From positions 992,001-1,056,000 of the forward strand of contig NW_027361928.1 in the NCBI RefSeq assembly GCF_039654945.1: a stretch of DNA of 64,000 bases, given 5' to 3'. Shown here one piece after another: positions 57,001-64,000 of this stretch. The position numbers were made by a program, and so were the translations under genes. Origin of the DNA: Dendrobates tinctorius. Lineage: Eukaryota. Each line of letters opens with the position of its first letter. The first letter of the stretch is position 1. The notes under the pieces are model-generated. The model was not told the DNA's origin and ran no database searches. It was given only the letters and a program-made list of their open reading frames with translations.

Positions 57001-58626
57001 CCACCACTCACCGAACACACGGGCGATGAGTCCCGGAGATATTACTGCTGTCTGCCAATCACCAGGAGCGCACACTCTAAGGATATGGAGTCTTTACAGC
57101 AACAAGGCTCAGACTTATTACAGTTTTATAATAGAAAAGGTGCAGCGCTTACAATAAAAGATATAAGAATATGGAAATAAAAAGTGACATACAAATATGC
57201 AAAACAGTTATAAAATAAAAGGGAGAAACTTACAGAAATATCTAAACTTTGCAGTCTGGTATTCTGCTCCGAGGGATGAATATGGAATGGATCACACCAG
57301 CTCGGCTGTCCCTCAGTCTGTGGACAGCTCTCTATGTGTAAAGGCCTAATTTATAGATTTAACCTGGGGATCAGATTTCCAGACCAGCCGCTCAGGTTAA
57401 TATTCTATATGGTAAGCACTGCACCTCTTCTATTAAAGCTTAAAACTTTAAGGCTGTGTGCACACGCTGCGGATTTGGCGGCTGCGGGTCTGCAGCAGTT
57501 TTTGCTGCGGTGTACAGTACCACGATTCCCTATGGGAATAAAAAACCGCTGTGCAGACGGTGCAGATTTTTCCACGCGGTTTTTCTGTGGTTTTGAAACC
57601 GCAGTAAGAATGGCATGTGAATTCTTTCTGCGGAATCCGCAGCGGTTTGCCATGTCCTCCATTGTGGAGATGAAAAACCGCAGAGCAATCCGCAGTGTGT
57701 GCGCGTAGCCGGATAAGTCTGAGCCTTGTTGCTGTACAGACTCCATATCCTTAGAGTGTGCGCTCCTGGTGATTGGCAGACAGCAGTAACATCTCCGGGA
57801 CTCGTCGCCCGTGTGTTCGGGGAGTGGTGGCAGCGTGTATGAGCGGGGTGCGTGGTCTGTGTCGGGGTGTGATTTATGCTCCCACTGCAGCATAGGACAG
57901 AGGGTGAATGCTGGACTGAGAGGAGACAGATTAACCCTTGCAGGCGACACCCCAAGTCACGGGCTGAGCAGCGGGTACGTGACAGGCAGGTGAGCTGGAC
58001 TTTCTTTTCCACAATAGCCAGCAGGAGTGTAGGTGGGGTCAGGGCCACTATTGCGCCCCCCGGAGGCAGACTAACCTGTGTACACGTTGCTGTACTTTCC
58101 ACCATACTGTGTGGTGACCTCAGGTCCGATGGACGCACTGGACAGAGACGGGAACTGGCAGAGATGACGGTAGAACGCCGCCACGTCCTGCACCACCTGG
58201 GAAAACAGAAGGCGAAGTGATAGAGGAGCAAACAATCAGGAGGAGGAGTGCAGGCAGCCAATCAGGAGGAGGAGAGCGGGTAGCCAGCCAGCCAATCAGG
58301 AGGAGGAGAGCGGGCAGCCAGCCAATCAGGAGGAGGAGAGCGGGCAGCCAGCCAATCAGGAGGAGGAGAGCGGGCAGCCAGCCAATTAGGAGAAAAACAG
58401 GCAGCCAGCCAATCAGGAGGAGGAGAGCAGCCTGCCAGCCAATCAGAAGGAGGAGAGCAGCCAGCCAATCAGGAGGAGGAGTGCAGCCAGCCAATCAGGA
58501 GGAGCCATGTCGCTGGGACTTGCAGTCCACTGATGAAGAGGTGGGAGGCGTAGTCCTCGGTGTGGCCTCAGGCAGCAGCTCGGCTCCGCACTCACTCTGT
58601 GGCCCTCTCACCTGAGCCGCCGCCAT
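36073..58626 (-). CDS. APEH: Acylaminoacyl-peptide hydrolase (APEH, S9C serine peptidase), right copy, complete, 22 exons, 723 aa
   Basis: Exons: 58612-58626, 58076-58196, 56144-56270, 55560-55650, 55415-55490, 55129-55274, 54494-54631, 54331-54422, 54198-54238, 51819-51940, 51089-51149, 50921-51018, 50765-50819, 49890-49978, 40592-40730, 40182-40265, 38457-38537, 38281-38369, 38017-38207, 37841-37943, 36252-36358, 36073-36178. These sum to 2172 nt in an open frame. Motifs: HGGP, VNYRGS, GGSHGG (Ser codon 38139-38141), LGAEDHRV (Asp), GNNHSL (His), stop TGA. Confidence 0.96.
36510..37630. repeat. ~40-bp minisatellite, APEH intron 20
   Basis: CCTGTACATAAGAGCCCGTCCCGTCACAYGAGACCCC units. Confidence 0.92.
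38531..40072. repeat. 88-91-bp minisatellite, APEH intron 16, containing the exon 17 splice acceptor
   Basis: ~17 units of GGACCCCTGTAGGGAGAAGACAGC..GGTAATGAGGGT. Confidence 0.93.
40765..43058. repeat. 24-bp minisatellite, APEH intron 14 (resumes at 49627-49865 after the L1)
   Basis: Near-perfect GAGGAGCAGAGTGAAGAGCGGGGC units in homogeneous variant blocks. Confidence 0.95.
43059..49628 (+). mobile_element. L1-clade LINE in APEH intron 14 (antisense to the gene); ORF1 largely deleted, ORF2 disrupted
   Basis: EN ([16 protein letters not shown]) from 43444; RT ([26 protein letters not shown] at 45496-45507); C-terminal part to 49372; AATAAA 49597 and poly(A) 49617-49628; TSD AAGAGCAGGGCG at 43047-43058 / 49627-49638. 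Confidence 0.93.
45973..48246. mobile_element. Non-autonomous piggyBac-like element inserted in L1 ORF2
   Basis: TTAA TSD (45969-45972 / 48247-48250); imperfect CCCTTT.../...AAGAGG ends; internal ~0.4-kb tandem subrepeats. Removing it rejoins ORF2 as [14 protein letters not shown]. Confidence 0.85.
50020..50745. repeat. 30-bp minisatellite, APEH intron 13
   Basis: GCGGAGGAACAAGGCGCRGAGGCACACAAM units. Confidence 0.92.
51295..51562. repeat. ~28-bp G-rich minisatellite, APEH intron 10
   Basis: GAGCGTCGTGCTGTGCGGGGTGGGGGG units. Confidence 0.88.
51990..52982. repeat. 81/86-bp minisatellite, APEH intron 9
   Basis: ~12 units of CCAGAGCTGCACTCACTATTCTGCTGGTGCAGTCACTGTGTACATACATTAC..GTATTATAC. 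Confidence 0.93.
52981..54135 (-). mobile_element. 5'-truncated L2-clade LINE in APEH intron 9 (right)
   Basis: [32 protein letters not shown] peptides, plus an L2-type 3' end (tgtaaagcgccatggaataaatggcgctatataaat on -). Confidence 0.88.
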
Positions 58627-59053
58627 CAGTACACACGCCCTCCTGGGAGAAGCAGCACTGCAGCTGTCACCCCCGCCCCGACTCCGTGGCTTTTCCTGAT
58701 TTCTCTGATTGGTTCTCCCACCTCTGGGGGCGGAGCCACACATGACAGTTTCATCAGTTGGCGGAATACGCGCAGGACGGAAGTCACGTGATTCGCTCGC
58801 CTCTAGCGCCATGACGTCACCGAGGCGCTGGGTCACGTGACATCTGGCGGCCATGTTTTCTGAGGGCAGAGCTCTAGCGCATCCGCCGCCATATTTGATG
58901 AGGGAATGTAATGCCGCAAAGGAGAAGTGAGTGCAGAGTGTGCACGGGGCGCTGTGTGCGGGTCTGGGGGCCTAGGAGAAGGAGGCCGCTGGGCAGTATA
59001 AAGAGCGGCTGTCCCGTCCTGAGACCCTTCTGCCTCATCTCTCAGCAGCCGCC
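58627..59053. promoter_or_regulatory. CpG-rich bidirectional promoter APEH/NICN1 (right)
   Basis: Near-identical duplicate of 5871-6297 with all listed motifs retained. Confidence 0.85.
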
Positions 59054-62000
59054 ATGGCCCAGCAGGCCGCTCCGTGCAGCATCCGGACCCCGGTGCAGCT
59101 CCAGGTGGGAGACGGGAGCTCAGATCCGGGCGTCCGCGTCATCGACGTCACCTTCCCTGCAGCAACGCCGCAGAATGTGAGTGTCACCGCGCAGTCCTGT
59201 GTCACCGCGCAGTCCTGTGTCACCGCCCCGGATCGTGTGACCGCGCAGTCCTGTGTCACCGCCTCAGATCGTGTGACCGCGCAGTCCTGTGTCACCGCCT
59301 CAGATCGTGTGACCGCGCAGTCCTGTGTCACCGCCCCGGATCGTGTGACCGCGCAGTCCTGTGTCAGCGCCCCGGGTCGTGTGACCGCGCAGTCCTGTGT
59401 CAGCCCCGGGTCGTGTCAGCGCACAGTCCTGTGTCACTGCCTCAGATCGTGTGACCGCGCAGTCCTGTGTCACTGCCTCAGATCGTGTGACCGCGCAGTC
59501 CTGTGTCACTGCCTCAGATCGTGTGACCGCGCAGTCCTGTGTCAGCGCCCCGGATCGTGTGACCGCGCAGTCCTGTGTCACCGCCTCAGATCGTGTGACC
59601 GCGCAGTCCTGTGTCACTGCCTCAGATCGTGTGACCGCGCAGTCCTGTGTCAGCGCCCCGGATCGTGTGACCGCGCAGTCCTGTGTCAGCGCCCCGGGTC
59701 GTGTGACCGCGCAGTCCTGTGTCAGCCCCGGGTCGTGTCAGCGCACAGTCCTGTGTCACTGCCTCAGATCGTGTGACCGCGCAGTCCTGTGTCACTGCCT
59801 CAGATCGTGTGACCGCGCAGTCCTGTGTCAGCGCCCCGGATCGTGTGACCGCGCAGTCCTGTGTCACCGCCTCAGATCGTGTGACCGCGCAGTCCTGTGT
59901 CACTGCCTCAGATCGTGTGACCGCGCAGTCCTGTGTCAGCGCCCCGGATCGTGTGACCGCGCAGTCCTGTGTCACCGCCTCAGATCGTGTGACCGCGCAG
60001 TCCTGTGTCACCACCTCAGATCGTGTGACCGCACAGTCCTGTGTCACCGCGCAGTCCTGTGTCACTGCCTCAGATCGTGTGACCGCGCAGTCCTGTGTCA
60101 GCGCCCCGGATCGTGTGACCGCGCAGTCCTGTGTCACCGCCTCAGATCGTGTGACCGCGCAGTCCTGTGTCACTGCCTCAGATCGTGTGACCGCGCAGTC
60201 CTGTGTCAGCGCCCCGGATCGTGTGACCGCGCAGTCCTGTGTCACCGCCTCAGATCGTGTGACCGCGCAGTCCTGTGTCACCACCTCAGATCGTGTGACC
60301 GCGCAGTCCTGTGTCACCACCTCAGATCGTGTGACCGCGCAGTCCTGTGTCAGCGCCCCGGGTCGTGTGACCGCGCAGTCCTGTGTCAGCCCCGGGTCGT
60401 GTCAGCGCGCAGTCCTGTGTCAGCGCCCCGGGTCGTGTGACCGCGCAGTCCTGTGTCAGCGCCCCGGGTCGTGTGACCGCGCAGTCCTGTGTCAGCGCCC
60501 CGGGTCATGTGACCGCGCAGTCTTGTGTCACCGCCTCAGATCGTGTGACCGCGCAGTCCTGTGTCACCGCCCCGGATCGTGTGACCGCGCAGTCCTGTGT
60601 CACCGCCCCGGATCGTGTGACCGCGCAGTCCTGTGTCACCGCCCCTGATCGTGTGACCGCGCAGTCCTGTGTCACCGCCTCGGATCGTGTGACCGCGCAG
60701 TCCTGTGTCACCGCCTCAGATCGTGTGACCGCGCAGTCCTGTGTCACCACCTCAGATCGTGTGACCGCGCAGTCCTGTGTCAGCGCCCCGGGTCGTGTGA
60801 CCGCGCAGTCCTGTGTCAGCCCCGGGTCGTGTCAGCGCGCAGTCCTGTGTCACCGCCTCAGATCGTGTGACTGCGTAGTCCTGTGTCAGCGCCCCGGGTC
60901 GTGTGACCGCGCAGTCCTGTGTCACCGCCCCGGATCGTGTGACCGCGCAGTCTTGTGTCACCGCCCCGGATCGTGTGACCGCGCAGTCTTGTGTCACCGC
61001 CCCGGATCGTGTGACCGCGCAGTCTTGTGTCACCTCCCCGGATCGTGTGACCGCCCAGTCCTGTGTCACCGCCCCGGATCATGTGACCGCGCAGTCCTGT
61101 GTCACCTCCCCGGGTTGTGTCACCGCCTAGTCCCGTGTCACCGCGCAGTCCTGTGTCACCGCCTCAGATCGTGTGACCGGCAGTCCTGTGTCACCGCCCC
61201 GGGTCGTGTGACCGCGCAGTCCTGTGTCACCGCGCAGTCCTGTGTCACCGCCTCGGATCGTGTGACCGCGCAGTCCTGTGTCACCGTGCTCCTCCGGTCC
61301 AATCTCCACATGGCTCTGCACTCCCCGTGCTATCCTCCCTCTGCCCTAGTCCCATCTCCCCATCCTTTCCTCTCTCTCGTCGCACTGCCCATCCCCGATC
61401 CTTTCTCTGCATTGCTTTGCGCTCCCCGTCCTTTCCTCCCTCTTCTTGTCACCTTGTGCTCCCCGTTCTTTGCTCCATCTCCCCAGGTCCAGTCTCCCCG
61501 CCCTTTCCTCCCTCTCCGTGTCGCTCTGTGCTCCCCATCTTTTCCTCCCTCTCACCTGGTCCCTTCTTCCCGTCCTTTTCTCTCTCTTCCCCGGTCCCTT
61601 CTTCCCGTCCTTTCCTCCCTCTCCTCCATTCCCCTCTCTGCATCGCTCTGCCTGCCCCGTCCTTTCCTCCCTCTCCTCCATTCCCCTCTCTGCATCGCTC
61701 TGCCTGCCCCGTCCTTTCCTCCCTCTCCCCCTGTACATTCTTCCTCTCCTTTTCTCCCTCTCCCCTGGTCCCGTCTCCCCGTCCTTTCCTCCCTCTCTCC
61801 GTCGCTCTGCGCTCCCAGAGCTTTCCTCCCTCTCTGCGTCACTCTGCCCACCCCGTCCTTTACTCCCTCTCCCCCGATCCCGTCTTTTCCTCCCTCTCCC
61901 CCAGTCCCGTCTTCCCATCCTTTCCTCCCTCTCCCTCGGTCCCGTCATTTCCTTCCTCTCCTCCGGTCCCCTCTCCCCATCCTTTCCCCCTCTCTGCATC

Positions 62001-63516
62001 GCTCTTCCCGCCCCGTCCTTTCCTCCCTCTCCCCCGATACATTCTTCCTCTCCTTTTCTCCCTCTCCCCTGGTCCCGTCTCCCCATCCTTTCCTCCCTCT
62101 CTGCGTCGCTCTGCGCTCCTAGAGCCTTCCTCCCTCTCCCACGGTCCCGTCTTCCCGTCCTTTCCTCCCTCTCCTCTGGTCCTGTCTTCCCATCCTTTCC
62201 CCCTCTCTGCGTCACTCTGCCCGCCCCGTCCTTTCCTCCCTCTCCCCCGGTCCCGTCTTTTCCTCCCTCTCCCCCGGTCCCGTCTTCCCATCCTTTCCAC
62301 CCTCTCCCTTGGTCCCCTCTCCCCCGGTCCCCTCTCCCCATCCTTTCCCCCTCTCTGCGTCACTCTGCCAGCCCTGTCCTTTCCTCCCTCTCCCCCGGTC
62401 CCGTCTTCCCATCCTTTCCACCCTCTCCCTTGGTCCCGTCTCCCTGTCCTTTCCTCCCTCTCCCCCAGTCCCCTCTCCCCATCCTTTCCCCCTCTCTGCG
62501 TCACTCTGCCCGCCCTTTCCTCCCATTCCCCTGGTCCCTTCTTTTCCTCCCTCTCCCCCGGTCCCGTCTTCCCATCCTTTCCACCCTCTCCCTTGGTCCC
62601 GTCTCCCTGTCCTTTCCTCCCTCTCCCCCAGTCCCCTCTCCCCATCCTTTCCCCCTCTCTGCGTCACTCTGCCCGTCCTTTCCTCCCTCTCCCTTGGTCC
62701 CGTCTCCCTGTCCTTTCCCCCTCTCTGCGTGACTCTGCCCTCCCCCTCCTTTCCTCCCTCTCCCCCGGTCCCGTCTTCCCATCCTTTCCTCCCTCTCCCT
62801 CGGTCCCGTCTCCCTGTCCTTTCCTCCCTCTCCACCATGTCTGCTCCGCACTCTCTGATTCTCTGCCCTCTCAGATCCAGGAGATTTCCTTCAGGAATTT
62901 CTACACCGCTTTCCTCACTGTAAAATTCCAGCAGTTGCGACCGACAGCGACCAAGAAGAGCAAGACATGGCGGACGTGCGTGAGGAACCTGCCCCTGATG
63001 CCGAACCCCCACATGGAGGAGGGGTCCCAGGACTACGTGTCTGTGTGCAGGCAGCAGGTGATGTGGCCCCCGCTGGCTGTGGCCCCTGGCGGGAGTTGTT
63101 GTGCTGACGCGCTCTGTCCCCGCAGATGGCGTGTGCCGCCGATAACGTGACGTCCCTGCGCCTCGTCCTGCGGCAGCCGTCGCCTGTCTGGCTGTCATTT
63201 ACCCTGGAGGAATTGCAGATCAATCCCCCTGGCAGGCAGGTAAGGGGTCCGCAGCACGTACCGAGGCGCTGCAGCAGCCGCTCTCACACTGGGCCCCCCA
63301 CAGCATTACAGCGGAGTAATGGCGCCACGCGGTGCTGAGTGGCCCCGCCGGCCGGAAGCTTATTCCTCATTCTGGATCCTTGGGGGAGGGGACATGGAGA
63401 GGTGGTGGGCGTGTCCTAATGCTTATTAACCTCTTCCTTCCCAGAGTCCACAGAAGCCGTGTTCCTGGTGGTTGTCTCGTCTGCCGCCCGGAGAGGAGCT
63501 GCAGAAGCTGCACAAG
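59054..63516 (+). CDS. NICN1: Nicolin-1 (NICN1), right copy, exons 1-4; continues beyond the window end
   Basis: Exons 59054-59176, 62875-63057, 63126-63239, 63445-63516. Near-identical to the left copy (two substitutions seen). Confidence 0.94.
59177..61287. repeat. NICN1 intron 1 18/30-bp minisatellite (right copy, ~2.1 kb)
   Basis: Same unit as 6421-11296 but less than half the length. Confidence 0.95.
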
Positions 63517-64000
63517 GTGATGGTGGAGGATGGAGCAGAGATGGTCGTGGTGCCGCTGACGCATCGCGGCGTCCGTATTCTGCGGGGGAGCGCGCGTCGG
63601 GACATCAGGGGGACATCGGGGGGGAGCGCGTCGGGACATGGGGGGTGCGGAGCGCATTGGGGGGAGAGCGTCAGGACATCGGGGGGGGGAGAGCGTCAGG
63701 ACATGGGTGGGGGGGAGAGCGTCAGGACATGGGGGGAGCGCGTCAGGACATCGGGGGGGAGCGCGTCGGGACATGGGGGGTGCGGAGCGCATTGGGGGGA
63801 GAGCGTCAGGACATCGGGGGGGGGAGAGCGTCAGGACATGGGTGGGGGGGAGAGCGTCAGGACATGGGGGGGGGGGAGGGAGAGCGTCAGGACATCGGGG
63901 GGGAGAGCGTCAGGACATGGGGGGGTGGGGGAGTCAGGACATGGTTGCATGCTGGGACCTGTCCGGCAGTAGTTGTACATTATTGGGGGGCAGGGAGATG

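Larger units (their letters stand above)
53349..64000 (+). repeat. Segmental tandem duplication, right copy of the visible overlap (pairs with 1-14399)
   Basis: Same order: L2 fragment, APEH exons 9-1, promoter, NICN1 exons 1-4. The APEH ATG-to-ATG offset is 52,756 bp. Confidence 0.95.

Overview
This is eukaryotic (vertebrate) DNA. The gene set and transposon repertoire point to a hyloid frog; that assignment is an inference. The window spans a ~53-kb direct tandem duplication. Left unit: exons 1-9 of acylaminoacyl-peptide hydrolase (APEH, - strand, running off the left edge), head-to-head with a complete 6-exon nicolin-1 gene (NICN1, + strand), then ~12 kb of satellites, two orphan exons (2-3) of aminomethyltransferase (AMT), and a nested transposon stack (L2 containing CR1; piggyBac-like; DIRS; MITEs) cut off at ~34.8 kb. 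Right unit: a complete, frame-intact 22-exon APEH (36073-58626, 723 aa, catalytic Ser/Asp/His present), then NICN1 exons 1-4 running off the right edge. Most larger introns carry their own GC-rich minisatellite, which accounts for nearly all long ORFs in the six-frame track. I found no CRISPR array, rRNA, tRNA gene or prokaryotic system. The most notable observations are the duplication and its TE-marked breakpoint, the AMT remnant lacking exon 1, a copy-number-variable CCAAT-box array beside a bidirectional promoter, an intronic array that reiterates a splice acceptor ~17 times, and an ORF1-deleted L1 with both ends and a TSD.
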